Virus record (IMG/VR): IMGVR_UViG_3300025608_000006
DNA from: a virus
Taxonomy: Duplodnaviria > Caudoviricetes
Reading direction: 5' to 3' (one strand)
DNA: 64,000 nucleotides
Positions within the stretch are counted from its first letter, which is position 1, and every line of letters starts with the position of its first letter. The notes beneath the pieces are model-generated. The model was not told the DNA's origin and ran no database searches. It saw only the letters and a program-made list of their open reading frames with translations. The translations under genes were made by a program, and so were the position numbers. Shown one piece after another: positions 40,010-50,825 of the stretch.

Positions 40010-43000
40010 TAGTAACTATAGCCTCCGCCTGTTGTATTTGTGTTGGTATTAGTTGCTTTTGACATTTCACTTGTTATTCCTGCTGTTGTACTGGAAGCAA
40101 CACTATTAATTATTGTGCCACTGGCTTGTAAATTTGTAGCTGTTAATTGGTCTATTGTTTCAATATCCGTTACTTTTGCTGCACTTGCAAACACTTCATC
40201 TGGTTCACTTTTTATTTCAAACAAACTACCAAAACTTTGTGTAGTCTGTCTAGGAACTATTAGTATACTTACCAGTTTTGGAGATAGCTCGTTCATAATA
40301 TAGGCACTAAGTTCTTGAAAGTAAAATGTCTCGCCAAAATCCCAATTTTCAATATCAAAAAACTTATTAATTGACTCAATAATTTCTGATTTAAGTTCAT
40401 TATCGTTGACAACTAAATTAGGATTTTTAACAATTTTAAATTTAACCTGCAAGTCTGGAGAAGCTTTATCTCCAAATAAAATTTTGTATTTTGCTGGATG
40501 ATAAATTATTTCATCACTAATTGATTTAATTTTATTAATTTCGCCGCCATAACTTCTAAACAATTCATCATTACTAGGAGGCTTAGGTTTAGAAGTTATT
40601 ATACCCGAGATATACTGTTTAACTTGTGTATCATAAGTTTTTGAAAGTATGTAAGTATCAATAATATTACTTGCACTTGGATCAATTCTATAACCGCTAT
40701 CTGCAACATGAATGTAGTGGAATTTTAGACCTGCTCTGCCAAAGTATGCTTTATAATCAGTATTAAGAACTGTATTGTTTAATTCCTTGTTTAGCTTTCT
40801 AAATACACCTTCATCAATAAGATAAAAAATTTGTCCTTCTAGTCTGCTACTGTAAGGAGCAATTGCTGATTCGTTTTGCACTACAATAATTTCAGAATTT
40901 GCATTTGCAAAATATTTAAAATCTTCTACACCATCAGTAGTTGTATATTTTTTTTGAAATACTATCTTATCTGCTGTAGAAATTTCTGTATTTTCCTCAC
41001 CTACAATTTGTTCAAAAATATCAGGATCATCAATTACGCCGTCATCATCCAAATCAATAAATTGAACTTGTATCTTACGGCTATCTAAGTATCCTTCGGC
41101 ATCTCTATATGCATCAGTAATTGTCCAGTTAAAATCTCTGGTAAACGGTGTTATTTCTCCAGGTTTTCTATTAATATTTAAAATATCGATTTTATCTCTT
41201 ACTATTTGACCTGTGCTAGGATCGTAAATCTTATCAGCTGCGTCAAAGAAGAATCTAATTTCATCAGCACTTTCCATTACGTATCGTAAATTACGATGTG
41301 TAATAGTATATTTTTCGCCATCTGTTTTAAAGTACAACATCCAGCTTGCATCGAGGTTTTCGCCAGTAATGTCGCCTGCTTTACCTGTAGCAAATTTACT
41401 AAGAGTATTAATATCTTCTGCTAGTACAATCTTCCACTGTCTATCATATTGATCATAACGCAAAGCAAAATCTTTATATTCGAATACTTGATCAATTAAT
41501 TGTGTTTTGATATCGTTAATTAGTGTTCGAGAAAAATTAGGAATAATTTGTTCCAATAGTGCGCCAGTTGGAATAATATCATTTAATACTATCGGAGCAA
41601 TGCCATCTTCGTCTAGTTCTGTGCCGTTTCCTGATACAGAAATTACTTTAACCCATTTATAATCAACTTTGCCTAAATGGTCTCCAACTTCGGAATCGTT
41701 CATTAATGTGCCATCGGGCATAAAGTGTTTTCCTTCAGGTGCAACAAATTTTAGCATGGCGCCTGATTCCAATAGTCGCAAACTGTTAGCAGTGAAAGAC
41801 CCCACTGTGTAAGGGTTTTCGTCTATATCACGAAATAATCCATTGGTCTGATTTGTGCTTACACTTGATTGTAACCACGATGCTGTAAGATCACTAACAA
41901 TAATTTTAGGGTATTTTGCAAGATAAAAATTTTGAGAATTAACATTGCCTAAAATTCCTTCGATTGTGTTATATATAACTCCCTCGATATCTGTTTGTGT
42001 TGAAAATGTAAATGACTGTTTTTCTATAAATTCTTCTTTGTAAATTACACCATCATCTGAAAACAAACTTGTATTAGAATATTTGCCGCTGGCATCTTTT
42101 AGATCAAAAAATCGACTAATTCCGCTACTGATTCTATTTGAACTTTTGGTTTTAATAATATCTTGGCTGATTGCAAGAGGTCCAATATTATAATCTTCAC
42201 CTGTAATCAAACGGTTTTGTGTGTAATACGTAGTAGGTGCATTTTGTTTAATTTCTGTATTAGTTTCTGATGCAGTGCCATTATTAATGGTATAATTTAA
42301 TTTAAGCCCAACAGTAAGAGTATGCAACGAACCGTTTCTTGACTGGTAAGGTATGTCTATTGTTAACGTGTTGATAGCACCCGGGGTTATTACACTTCGT
42401 AAGTTATTACTAGTTCTATAATAAGATCTAAAATTACCAGTTGGCAGATTTCCAAAAACGCCGTCACTGAATACTAAATTAATTCTGTCGCCGATGCGAG
42501 TGGTTACAGCAAACACATCTCTAGTCTGATTAAACAAACTATTATAGATAACGTTATTGCCTTCAGTTGAGTCAATTTTCGTCCATTGATTGCTTTCTAT
42601 TCCAGCACTGTTTACTGCAAATAACCAGACGTCCGAATCGTTAATATTTTCTACATCAATTTGTACAGCTTGGTTAGGAGTAGGATTACTTACTGAAAAA
42701 TTTCCTGTCTCAAGCTTGCCTTGACGGAAATGCATAAAGAACCCTGTATTATTACTTCCTGCTCCTTGGCCGTCATCTCGGAAAAGAAATGCAGGACTAT
42801 TACCAGGAAGCGGAGCTTCTTCTAAAATAGAATCTTCTGATATGTCAGTACTTACAATTTCAAATCGAGTACTTACACCTTCGATTCGTTTAGTAAACGG
42901 GTATATTGCCTGTCCTGTATTTGTAGCGTTGAATCGATATTTTTGTGTCTGAACATCTGCAATTAATGATGTCTTTAAAGGATTGCCAATTGAGTTAGAC

Positions 43001-43497
43001 AGCGGCAATGCTGAATTCATAATTTTGACAAACTGCTCAAAGTAGTTTGAGTTAGTTTGATCATTCCATTTGATCGTAATACCTGATAAGTTTAGACCGT
43101 TTGAATCTAAAATATTTTCAGTTGTTTTAATTGTGTCAAATTTTAGTAAACCGTTTGCTGCTTGATTTCTGCGTGGATTGTAGGACAGCATACGTGCAAG
43201 ACGTAGTACGCTTTCTCTGCGTTCTGCTGTTTCAAGGAAGTTTTCTCTAGCATTCAAGTCAATGCGGAATGATAAGTTTTGCCCAAGGAAAGCAATCATA
43301 TCAATCAATGCAAGATATTCACTTGACTCAATGTAATCGTTAAAATCTTCTGGGTAGTTTTGACGCAGATAGTTAATCATTGTGCGTCTTAGATTATCAA
43401 AATCGTAGCTCTGGAAATCAGCGTTTCTAAAACTTTGGTAAATTCTCTTCCAGTCCTCAGCTACTAATAGCCTTGACTGCCTATCATTTGCAGACAT
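40009..43497 (-). CDS. gp6: Baseplate wedge protein, T4 gp6-like
   Basis: YDFDNLRRTMINYLRQNYPEDFNDYIESSEYLALIDMIAF...NARENFLETAERRESVLRLARMLSY; QNRLITGEDY; NWDFGETFYFQEL. Confidence 0.8.
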   Translation of the reverse strand: MSANDRQSRLLVAEDWKRIYQSFRNADFQSYDFDNLRRTMINYLRQNYPEDFNDYIESSEYLALIDMIAFLGQNLSFRIDLNARENFLETAERRESVLRLARMLSYNPRRNQAANGLLKFDTIKTTENILDSNGLNLSGITIKWNDQTNSNYFEQFVKIMNSALPLSNSIGNPLKTSLIADVQTQKYRFNATNTGQAIYPFTKRIEGVSTRFEIVSTDISEDSILEEAPLPGNSPAFLFRDDGQGAGSNNTGFFMHFRQGKLETGNFSVSNPTPNQAVQIDVENINDSDVWLFAVNSAGIESNQWTKIDSTEGNNVIYNSLFNQTRDVFAVTTRIGDRINLVFSDGVFGNLPTGNFRSYYRTSNNLRSVITPGAINTLTIDIPYQSRNGSLHTLTVGLKLNYTINNGTASETNTEIKQNAPTTYYTQNRLITGEDYNIGPLAISQDIIKTKSSNRISSGISRFFDLKDASGKYSNTSLFSDDGVIYKEEFIEKQSFTFSTQTDIEGVIYNTIEGILGNVNSQNFYLAKYPKIIVSDLTASWLQSSVSTNQTNGLFRDIDENPYTVGSFTANSLRLLESGAMLKFVAPEGKHFMPDGTLMNDSEVGDHLGKVDYKWVKVISVSGNGTELDEDGIAPIVLNDIIPTGALLEQIIPNFSRTLINDIKTQLIDQVFEYKDFALRYDQYDRQWKIVLAEDINTLSKFATGKAGDITGENLDASWMLYFKTDGEKYTITHRNLRYVMESADEIRFFFDAADKIYDPSTGQIVRDKIDILNINRKPGEITPFTRDFNWTITDAYRDAEGYLDSRKIQVQFIDLDDDGVIDDPDIFEQIVGEENTEISTADKIVFQKKYTTTDGVEDFKYFANANSEIIVVQNESAIAPYSSRLEGQIFYLIDEGVFRKLNKELNNTVLNTDYKAYFGRAGLKFHYIHVADSGYRIDPSASNIIDTYILSKTYDTQVKQYISGIITSKPKPPSNDELFRSYGGEINKIKSISDEIIYHPAKYKILFGDKASPDLQVKFKIVKNPNLVVNDNELKSEIIESINKFFDIENWDFGETFYFQELSAYIMNELSPKLVSILIVPRQTTQSFGSLFEIKSEPDEVFASAAKVTDIETIDQLTATNLQASGTIINSVASSTTAGITSEMSKATNTNTNTTGGGYSY

Positions 43498-43521
43498 GTA
43501 CGTTTCCTTGTTTACTGATAA

Positions 43522-43529
43522 TATTTATC
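43522..43529 (-). promoter_or_regulatory. T4-type late promoter (GATAAATA)
   Basis: Intergenic, upstream of the gp6-like ATG at 43497. Confidence 0.55.
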
Positions 43530-43560
43530 TTATAAGAAAAAGTGCGTATTTAATTATTTG

Positions 43561-43995
43561 TTAAAGCAAACCGTTTTCTTTATCAAATTTAAAACGTAAT
43601 TGATCTGTTATACCGAACGGTAAGACTGTTATTTTACAGTCAATCTGTATACCTTGTTCATAAGTGTCAATTAAAATGTCTTCTGCTTTTATTCTAGGAT
43701 CATAGTTTATAATACGAGTAACATCTTCAATGATTGCTTCTTGAACTTCAATTGTAAAAGGTTCGTATAAAATATCCCAAATGATTGTGCCAAATGTAGG
43801 ATCACTTAGTTTTTCAGTTTGGCGTATGTGAAAGTGATTGATTAGATCTTGTTTAATTAGTTCATAATCATATATACTAAAACTTTTAGCATCTGCAACT
43901 GTAGAAAATCCTCTATATTTTCTACCAGTAGACGCTGTTTGTAATGCAGTATTAACAGTTACACGCTTGTATAAGTTTTTTTCTAATTGGCTCAT
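43561..43995 (-). CDS. gp25: Baseplate wedge subunit, T4 gp25-like
   Basis: DYELIKQDLINHFHIRQTEKLSDPTFGTIIWDILYEP...IINYDPRI matches the GPW/gp25 pattern. Confidence 0.85.
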   Translation of the reverse strand: MSQLEKNLYKRVTVNTALQTASTGRKYRGFSTVADAKSFSIYDYELIKQDLINHFHIRQTEKLSDPTFGTIIWDILYEPFTIEVQEAIIEDVTRIINYDPRIKAEDILIDTYEQGIQIDCKITVLPFGITDQLRFKFDKENGLL

Positions 43996-43999
43996 ACTA

Positions 44000-44007
44000 T
44001 ATTTACC
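44000..44007 (-). promoter_or_regulatory. Late-type promoter GGTAAATA, 4 nt before the gp25 ATG (leaderless)
   Basis: Minus strand reads GGTAAATA-TAGT-ATG; no SD. Confidence 0.5.
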
Positions 44008-44019
44008 CTTTATTATACC

Positions 44020-46500
44020 CTATTCTGGCGTAGCAGAAGTTCTTACTGTCGACGTAGCAGCACTATTATCTGTCGGTTCAGAAGTTGGTGGATTGGCATT
44101 AGCTGCTGCAATTTCTTGTTCTAAACTTTTAAGTGCATCTGCTTCTTCGTTATGGAATCTGTTAACAACAGATTGACGAATTGCAGCAGTACTACTTCGA
44201 AAATATTTGCTTCCGTTTTCTGCTCTGCGTTCAGCATATATTGCTCTAAGCAAGGCAGCATCAGTAGGCGTTGTTGCAGTTATTTCATTTGGCGGGTAAC
44301 CTAAACTTGACAACGCACCACGGAATACATTTCTTGCGCCGCCTGGCCCATGTTGTATCGATGTTGAAAATACTGCTTGCTGTACTGTTCTAGCTCTTGT
44401 TGTAGAATCAAGTCCAGTTGCTTTATTAATTAATCTATTTGCAGGAGTAAAATATTGAATTGCAGTATATTCACTCTGTGCATTGCCGCCTTCTGCGGTT
44501 CCCATTGCCTGTGCCCATGCTGCTTTATATGCATCTGTTCCGGCTCTTCCTGCTGCTGCTCCGCCTGCTGCTGCTAACTGCGATTCTAAATCAGGATGTG
44601 CTGTTGCAAGCCAAGAATGGAATTCATTTAATGCACCTGTATTTGCTGCAAGTTGATATTTTCCGTAGCTCCAGCCGCCTGTGCTATCCCAGCCGATAAT
44701 TCCCGGATCGCCTTTAGATTCGTATTTTTCACTTAGTGCGCCAATATTAAAATCAAATGTATGAGTACTATTATAATTTCCTGGAGGGACAGATGCTTGC
44801 CCATTGCCACTTACTCTACTTTGTACTCCAGTACTAACATTGCCTCCACTGTTCGTTACATACGCACTGCTTGTGCGTCCTTGTAAGTTTTTATCAAACG
44901 TATCTGGTGTAACTATACGATCAGCTGATGGCAATCCACCAGGCTGTTCTCTATCTGTTTGTATTTTCTTAAATGACATCGGATCCATGTTTTCATGGTG
45001 AGGCCAAGGCTCGTGTTGAGGAGATCTTGTAAGTATAGTTTCGTATGGGCTAATAACTCCGCCTGGTCGCACACGTGGCAATGTGTGTGTACTCAGCGGT
45101 TGTACTGCTTTTGCCGGATTTGCTGTAGGTGCGTTAGGGCCATTCATATGAACATAAGTTGCTGTTTCTCTATGTTCTTTTGCACTGTTAATAAACGTGT
45201 TTGCGCCAGCAGTAAGTCTATTATCTTGTCCTGTTTTAAGATGTAACGTTTTTCCAGTTTCGATATGTTGCGTATCTTTTACTTTTATATGCTGACTTTG
45301 TCCTACAGTAATTTTACTGTCTTTGCCAACATGTAAATTAAAATTGTTTTTAGATTCAATTTGAACTCTGCCAGTTTCTCCACCTTTGGTGTTGCGTCCT
45401 GACGCTTTAATATTAACATTTCTGCCTGCTTCCATATTAATATCGCGTTCAGCAGTAATGTTAAGATCATTTTCCGTCATGATACTAACACTGTCTTGTG
45501 CATGAATATCAATTTTGCCATCACTGGTCATTTCGATCCATGTAGATCCACGAGCATTTCCAATGTAAATTAAATCTTCTGAATTATGCATTAGTATTTG
45601 ATGACCAGTTCTAGTTCTAAAACGCATTAATTCATTTTGTGGTATAGTTCTATCGCCGCCGGATTCGTTATTGCCTTTGTTTTTATAAACAGGCGGGCCA
45701 TCTTCTGCATGGGTTGTACGAACAAATCTTTCGTCGCCGTCATCCATAACAAATGCACTGCCGCCTAATCTATTGGACGGGACAACAACCTTATTTCCTA
45801 CTGTTCCAATTTCAACTGTTGGATGTCCGTCTCTTCGATCTTTAGGTCCGGGTGTGCTAATGCCAAATACTGCACTTGGCATTTCACGACGAGAGCTACT
45901 TGTAGTTGTTCCACGTACTTCATCATTAAGCAGACCTTGTATTTCTAAAGATTCTGCAAAGTCTTTGTTGTATGGTTTTGCAAACAAAGTAGGGTCTACT
46001 CTTGATCCTGTTTCGATCGATTTGTTGTATTCGCCTACTGGGAGTTTTCTGCCTTTTAAGGGAGGAGGAGTTATTCCTGTAGTATTCTCAGTCGATGCTT
46101 TGCCGTCGGGAACCATAAAGTTCATGTAATCTGCAGGAATGCATCCGATCCAGTAACCAAAGTTTGCATTACCTTCTGCAAACATTACTAGAACTTTTGT
46201 GCCTACGTCCGGCGGCACCATCCACATGCCGTATGATTTTTGTGTGTGTTCGTATCCATCATTGGCAGTAAGTGCAGCATTTGGCGTAACACCATAAAAC
46301 GGACTTAAATACCTTACGTTTAATAACTGTCCTGTACGTTCCGGTGACCCGCCTGCACTTGTATATTTTAGTAATTCAACAACTAAGCCGCCCATGTACC
46401 TAGTATCAAAATTATTAACAACTATAGCTTCATACGGGCCGCTGTCTTTAAATCCTGTTCTTAGTGTACTTGCTGTTCTTGTGTAATTTCCGTTTGCCAT
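44020..46500 (-). CDS. gp5: Baseplate central spike gp5/VgrG-like protein with C-terminal lysozyme-like domain
   Basis: OB-fold YGMWMVPPDVGTKVLVMFAEG..GYWIGC; beta-helix GHQILMHNSEDLIYI..WIEMTSDGKIDIHA; C-terminal LSEKYES..SYGKYQL..STSIQHG..AIYAER. Confidence 0.8.
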   Translation of the reverse strand: MANGNYTRTASTLRTGFKDSGPYEAIVVNNFDTRYMGGLVVELLKYTSAGGSPERTGQLLNVRYLSPFYGVTPNAALTANDGYEHTQKSYGMWMVPPDVGTKVLVMFAEGNANFGYWIGCIPADYMNFMVPDGKASTENTTGITPPPLKGRKLPVGEYNKSIETGSRVDPTLFAKPYNKDFAESLEIQGLLNDEVRGTTTSSSRREMPSAVFGISTPGPKDRRDGHPTVEIGTVGNKVVVPSNRLGGSAFVMDDGDERFVRTTHAEDGPPVYKNKGNNESGGDRTIPQNELMRFRTRTGHQILMHNSEDLIYIGNARGSTWIEMTSDGKIDIHAQDSVSIMTENDLNITAERDINMEAGRNVNIKASGRNTKGGETGRVQIESKNNFNLHVGKDSKITVGQSQHIKVKDTQHIETGKTLHLKTGQDNRLTAGANTFINSAKEHRETATYVHMNGPNAPTANPAKAVQPLSTHTLPRVRPGGVISPYETILTRSPQHEPWPHHENMDPMSFKKIQTDREQPGGLPSADRIVTPDTFDKNLQGRTSSAYVTNSGGNVSTGVQSRVSGNGQASVPPGNYNSTHTFDFNIGALSEKYESKGDPGIIGWDSTGGWSYGKYQLAANTGALNEFHSWLATAHPDLESQLAAAGGAAAGRAGTDAYKAAWAQAMGTAEGGNAQSEYTAIQYFTPANRLINKATGLDSTTRARTVQQAVFSTSIQHGPGGARNVFRGALSSLGYPPNEITATTPTDAALLRAIYAERRAENGSKYFRSSTAAIRQSVVNRFHNEEADALKSLEQEIAAANANPPTSEPTDNSAATSTVRTSATPE

Positions 46501-46503
46501 TTA

Positions 46504-47847
46504 TTAGCCTGCGCCTCCGCTTAATGCTGCCTGTCGTTGCTTTAATAAACTTCCTGTTGCAGCAGTAGTTGTGCCAACAGGAATGCCACCATCAACAGGA
46601 GTTACTGGAGTGGAATCAGGAGCAACTGACGTTCCTGATACATTCATACTAGGGCCGCCTGAATTAGGTGTAAAAACTTTTTTACCACTATTAAAATCGT
46701 ATCTGTCAAATCCTCCTTCTAGTGGCTCGTATATATATACGTTTGGCCTACTGTTAGTCGGTGTTGTTGACTGCCCTGCTGTAGGCGTAGACGGTTCTTG
46801 AGTTACTGTAGTAGGTGCTGTGGAAGTAGCATCGGCTTGTCGTCTTGCTACTTCTGCTGCGCCGTTACCTCTACCGCCTCCAATGCCAGGAATTACTGAC
46901 GCTGGTGATGCGGCTGCTGCTCTTGCTTGTCTTATAATTGCATCATCATAAGGCATATTTGATGGCGGTGTTGCACCACTTCCATCTGCATTAGTAACTG
47001 GAGGATTGTTAGGCAGGCATGGATCAACTCCTGTACTTACGTTAGGAGAAAGACGAGTTGCTGTTGCACCGGCAGATGAACTTGCTGAAGACGAAGTAGT
47101 TGACGATGGCGTTGTTGGTCCAGGAGTTACAGACGCAGAAGCAGACGATGTTAGTGGTATAGGAGTATCACCTTTAGAATCAAACCTACTAGTAACTTCG
47201 CCTGTAGGAGATGCAGGTTGTGTAATCGGAGCGGCACCTTTAGAATCAAATCTACTACTAAGTTCTCCGGGTATAGTCTCACTTTCTGTAACTACACCCG
47301 CAGCACCTGGTTTAGCAGTTGTAGTAGTTACAGTAGTATTTCCTGTTGTTGCACTAGTCGTAGCTTCTGATTGTGTTTCTGGCCTACTGTCATCTCGTGC
47401 GGGGTCAGGAACATATACAGGAAGACCTTCAAATCTGTCTACTCTTATTCCGCCTTCAGGCATTCGTGTAAATTGGTCGTACTCTTTGCCCCAACGACTG
47501 CCAAAATCGTGGCGTAATGCAGAGTAATGGTCAATTAGTGGCATTATATCTGTTGTATTATTGCGAGTATCCCACTCGCCCATGTCTACATATCGTATTA
47601 CCCAGTAATTTTTGTTAGCAGGATAGGGTATATCTTCGCCTTCATTATCGATTACTATAACTAATCCAGACTCTCCTTTTCTTAAAAATATTTGGCCGGC
47701 ATGTTCATACAAATCGTCAACATTTTGAAAACAAAGTTGTCCGAGGCTATTTCTCCAAGGCGTTGTTGGACTAACTTCAACCGAACTTTCTTGATCTAAA
47801 ATATTTCTTGCTTCTTCTGGTAAACCGCCGTCGTCTTCATCTGCCAT
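46504..47847 (-). CDS. Hypothetical protein: folded N-terminus plus Thr/Ser/Pro/Ala-rich low-complexity tail
   Basis: 447 aa in the baseplate block; runs such as TTSATTGNTTVTTTT and TTPSSTTSSSASSS; duplicated SSRFDSKG motif. Confidence 0.75.
   Translation of the reverse strand: MADEDDGGLPEEARNILDQESSVEVSPTTPWRNSLGQLCFQNVDDLYEHAGQIFLRKGESGLVIVIDNEGEDIPYPANKNYWVIRYVDMGEWDTRNNTTDIMPLIDHYSALRHDFGSRWGKEYDQFTRMPEGGIRVDRFEGLPVYVPDPARDDSRPETQSEATTSATTGNTTVTTTTAKPGAAGVVTESETIPGELSSRFDSKGAAPITQPASPTGEVTSRFDSKGDTPIPLTSSASASVTPGPTTPSSTTSSSASSSAGATATRLSPNVSTGVDPCLPNNPPVTNADGSGATPPSNMPYDDAIIRQARAAAASPASVIPGIGGGRGNGAAEVARRQADATSTAPTTVTQEPSTPTAGQSTTPTNSRPNVYIYEPLEGGFDRYDFNSGKKVFTPNSGGPSMNVSGTSVAPDSTPVTPVDGGIPVGTTTAATGSLLKQRQAALSGGAG
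47170..47270. repeat. Imperfect direct repeat, 66-bp (22-aa) spacing, encoding (L/V)(S/T)SRFDSKG
   Basis: cctttagaatcaaa at 47171 and 47237. Confidence 0.7.
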
Positions 47848-47851
47848 TATT

Positions 47852-50824
47852 TTATCCTAATAAACTTTTAATTTTAGATTTTGCTGCACCAGTAGCTGCT
47901 GCAATTCCTTGATTTGCAGCATTATTTACTGCTGATTGTGCTTGATTTGCTGCGGCTCTGGCTTGACTTTCAAGACTGCCTAGAGCAGATTGTGCATCAC
48001 CTAAAGCTCCTTTTAGATCTGCGCCTGCACCTCCAAATGCATCAAGTCCTGGTATAACTTTTGTTAAATCCGTTAATTTAGCAACACCAACATCTGCACC
48101 TTCTATCGCTTGTGTAAATTGACTTCCTACTCCAGCAACTTGTTCTTCAAGATTAGCAAGCGGAGCTGTTAACTTTGCTGCTACATCTTGTGGAACTGCC
48201 GGCATTAAATTTCTAATATCGTCTTTGGACGGAGTAGGCATACAATCTGTACTAGGTTGTCCGCTTTGTCCTACTGTGCCATCTGATTTTGTAGTTTGGT
48301 TAGCAAGGGCTGCGGCATTATCAACTTGTATTAGATTATTGTTCCCTGTAGATGCCTCGTCATCTTGACCTCGACGTCTGATCATTTTAAGAGTTTGAGT
48401 AAATTTGCCGCCACTAAAATTATTAGTCACTGCCCATATTTGAAATAACCCACTGAATCCTGGAACAGCCTGCGGCATTTCCATAGTTGCACCTGTAACT
48501 TGATAGTCGAAAGGAGTTTTAAAATTAACCACACAAATTACAGGACCTTGAGTATACTCCATAGTTCCATCTTGTGACAGTCCTGGACGTCCACTATTTG
48601 GTGCGGTATAATTACCAGTTTGTTGTGGAAGAAAGAATGGATCTCCCATAATTTCCATTTCAGCAGTTACCATATCAACATTCATATTTGTAATTCTGTC
48701 GTGAAAGTGTTCAGCAATCTGACGACGTACATCATTACTAAGAGTGCCTACTGGATCTGCTAGTCTATTTTTTAACGCTACTGCCGGCTGTGCTTCGTCA
48801 TTGGTTTTTCTATCACTATCTTTTTTTGCAGAGGCGCCGCTTGGAGTATTATCTTGAGTAGATGCTGTTTTGCCGGCATCTACATCCATAATAGACCCTG
48901 CGCCCATACCAAAGTCTGAAGTTGCTGTCATTAAAAATGCATTATTAAAGTTAATATCAAAATTTAACACATCTTCATTTTTTCCAGTATAGATATAGTT
49001 GTATTCTTTTATAGCAGATTCTCTTAGTCCTTTGGTGTTTGCAGGAGCAGAATTTGGAGACATTGTAACTGCTTCATCAACTTCATAAGGAACAATACTA
49101 TACACATAAACCTTTGGCTTGCGGCCGACCTGTTTTTCTGTACTATCACTGTCATCAATAAACACCTGTGTATCAATTCTAAACCATTTGTTTAAACCAT
49201 TAGTTGCACCTTCAGTGGAACGTTCGGCTGCATATTTAGATTGCAGTACCATTCGTTCAATAATACTAGTAATTTGTTCGCCTTGACTAAACTGAAAGTC
49301 TCTCGACACTGTTGCAGGCTGTGCAGCAACAGAAGTAGTGTCAACTAAATTAGTATCAGGATTAACTACCGCTCCTGCTTCTGCTTCGCTCGTGTTGCCA
49401 GGAGCATTAGTGTCTTCGTTGAGAGGACTTAAACCAATTTCATTCATTAAATCAGTGTTTTCAGCAAACGATTTTAATACAGCATATGTGTCTGTAGATT
49501 GTTGTATAGTTACAATTTTAGGATTAAACGAAGATCGAAGTCTTGGGTTATTTGCTCCTGCACCTGTACGCTGTGCTTCTTGTTCTTCTGGCGAAGTAGT
49601 AAATGCACTTTCGTCTATTCTTCCTGTTTTGAGTGCATCAACTAAAGAAGTTGGGTTTTTTGGGAAACATATTACATACCTGTCAAATTTTGAAAGAGCA
49701 CTAGATTGTTCTAAACTTTCTATCTGGCCGTTGATTGCATTTGTTAATGAATTATCGTTAGTTTCAAGCACTTGATGCAGAAGTGTTCCGTTAGATCTTA
49801 TTTGTGTGTTAATTGTATTGACATCGTCTGCAAGTCCTGATTCACTCATGGGAATTGCTTTAACTTCATACTTACTTCCTTGCCCGCTTACATTAAAATC
49901 CATATTAACAAATTTTATAGGTATAAAAATAGGACGTTGAAGGTTATTAGAATCAGTTGTGCCATCTAAATTCCAACCGTTAAAATCAATTCTTATGCAA
50001 AAAGGAGCGTTAGTATAACTACTGTATCCAGCAGCAGCCGCTGCTGTGATTATAGCTTGTATAAAATTGCCCATACTATATGGCTCAGTTACTGTGAATC
50101 TTAATGAAGTTCCAAGAGAAACCCGTGTATTAGGATTAGGAGCAACAACTGCATCCATCTCAAAATCGTCTATATAGTATTCTGCATGATCACTGTTTCC
50201 GGCACCAGTTTCATCAAATACCTGAACACGTTTATCTAAGTTTCCGCCAGACGATTGTATAATATAATTGGTAAATCCTCCAGAACTTCTATAACTTTCT
50301 GGATTGTTATATTCAGATGCACTGAGTACACCTAGTGTAATTGAATAATTAAATCCGTTGTGATTTCTTAACGGATTAGGTATTCTACTAGCAGAAGTGT
50401 CGTCTCCTGCATATGGAGCTCTGTTTCCCCTGTCTGCAAACTCAGTATATGCACTGCGTTCGGATAGTTCTCTATATTGTGATAGTGTTAATGCATATTC
50501 TTCGCCTGTAAGTCCAGCTAAATCTGCTATACCTCTTTCTACAATTTTTAAAGGATTGTTTGCTAATCCTGTTAGTTCTTCTGCATTAGCAATCAGGCCA
50601 CCTAGTTTGTTTTGAATTCCTCCGAAAAGATCTCCGCCAAATGCTCCGCCGAGTTTGCTAGTTGCTGCACCTAATAAAGCACCTTTTACATCGCCACCAC
50701 TTAATGCTGTATTAATTAACTGACCGCCTACTCCAGGAACAGCAGATCCAATACGCTGACTAACACTGCTTACCACAGAAGATTTTAAACTACTTTTTAA
50801 AGATGCACCTAGGTTAATTGCCAT
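47852..50824 (-). CDS. Baseplate hub protein, gp27-like, with Gly/Ala-rich terminal extensions
   Basis: Lies between the gp53-like and gp5-like genes; FTVTEPYSMGNF, YNYIYTGKNEDVL.F, AEMEIMGDPFFL, FSGLFQIWAVTNNFSGGKFTQTL are typical of hub proteins. Confidence 0.6.
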   Translation of the reverse strand: MAINLGASLKSSLKSSVVSSVSQRIGSAVPGVGGQLINTALSGGDVKGALLGAATSKLGGAFGGDLFGGIQNKLGGLIANAEELTGLANNPLKIVERGIADLAGLTGEEYALTLSQYRELSERSAYTEFADRGNRAPYAGDDTSASRIPNPLRNHNGFNYSITLGVLSASEYNNPESYRSSGGFTNYIIQSSGGNLDKRVQVFDETGAGNSDHAEYYIDDFEMDAVVAPNPNTRVSLGTSLRFTVTEPYSMGNFIQAIITAAAAAGYSSYTNAPFCIRIDFNGWNLDGTTDSNNLQRPIFIPIKFVNMDFNVSGQGSKYEVKAIPMSESGLADDVNTINTQIRSNGTLLHQVLETNDNSLTNAINGQIESLEQSSALSKFDRYVICFPKNPTSLVDALKTGRIDESAFTTSPEEQEAQRTGAGANNPRLRSSFNPKIVTIQQSTDTYAVLKSFAENTDLMNEIGLSPLNEDTNAPGNTSEAEAGAVVNPDTNLVDTTSVAAQPATVSRDFQFSQGEQITSIIERMVLQSKYAAERSTEGATNGLNKWFRIDTQVFIDDSDSTEKQVGRKPKVYVYSIVPYEVDEAVTMSPNSAPANTKGLRESAIKEYNYIYTGKNEDVLNFDINFNNAFLMTATSDFGMGAGSIMDVDAGKTASTQDNTPSGASAKKDSDRKTNDEAQPAVALKNRLADPVGTLSNDVRRQIAEHFHDRITNMNVDMVTAEMEIMGDPFFLPQQTGNYTAPNSGRPGLSQDGTMEYTQGPVICVVNFKTPFDYQVTGATMEMPQAVPGFSGLFQIWAVTNNFSGGKFTQTLKMIRRRGQDDEASTGNNNLIQVDNAAALANQTTKSDGTVGQSGQPSTDCMPTPSKDDIRNLMPAVPQDVAAKLTAPLANLEEQVAGVGSQFTQAIEGADVGVAKLTDLTKVIPGLDAFGGAGADLKGALGDAQSALGSLESQARAAANQAQSAVNNAANQGIAAATGAAKSKIKSLLG

Positions 50825-50825
50825 T

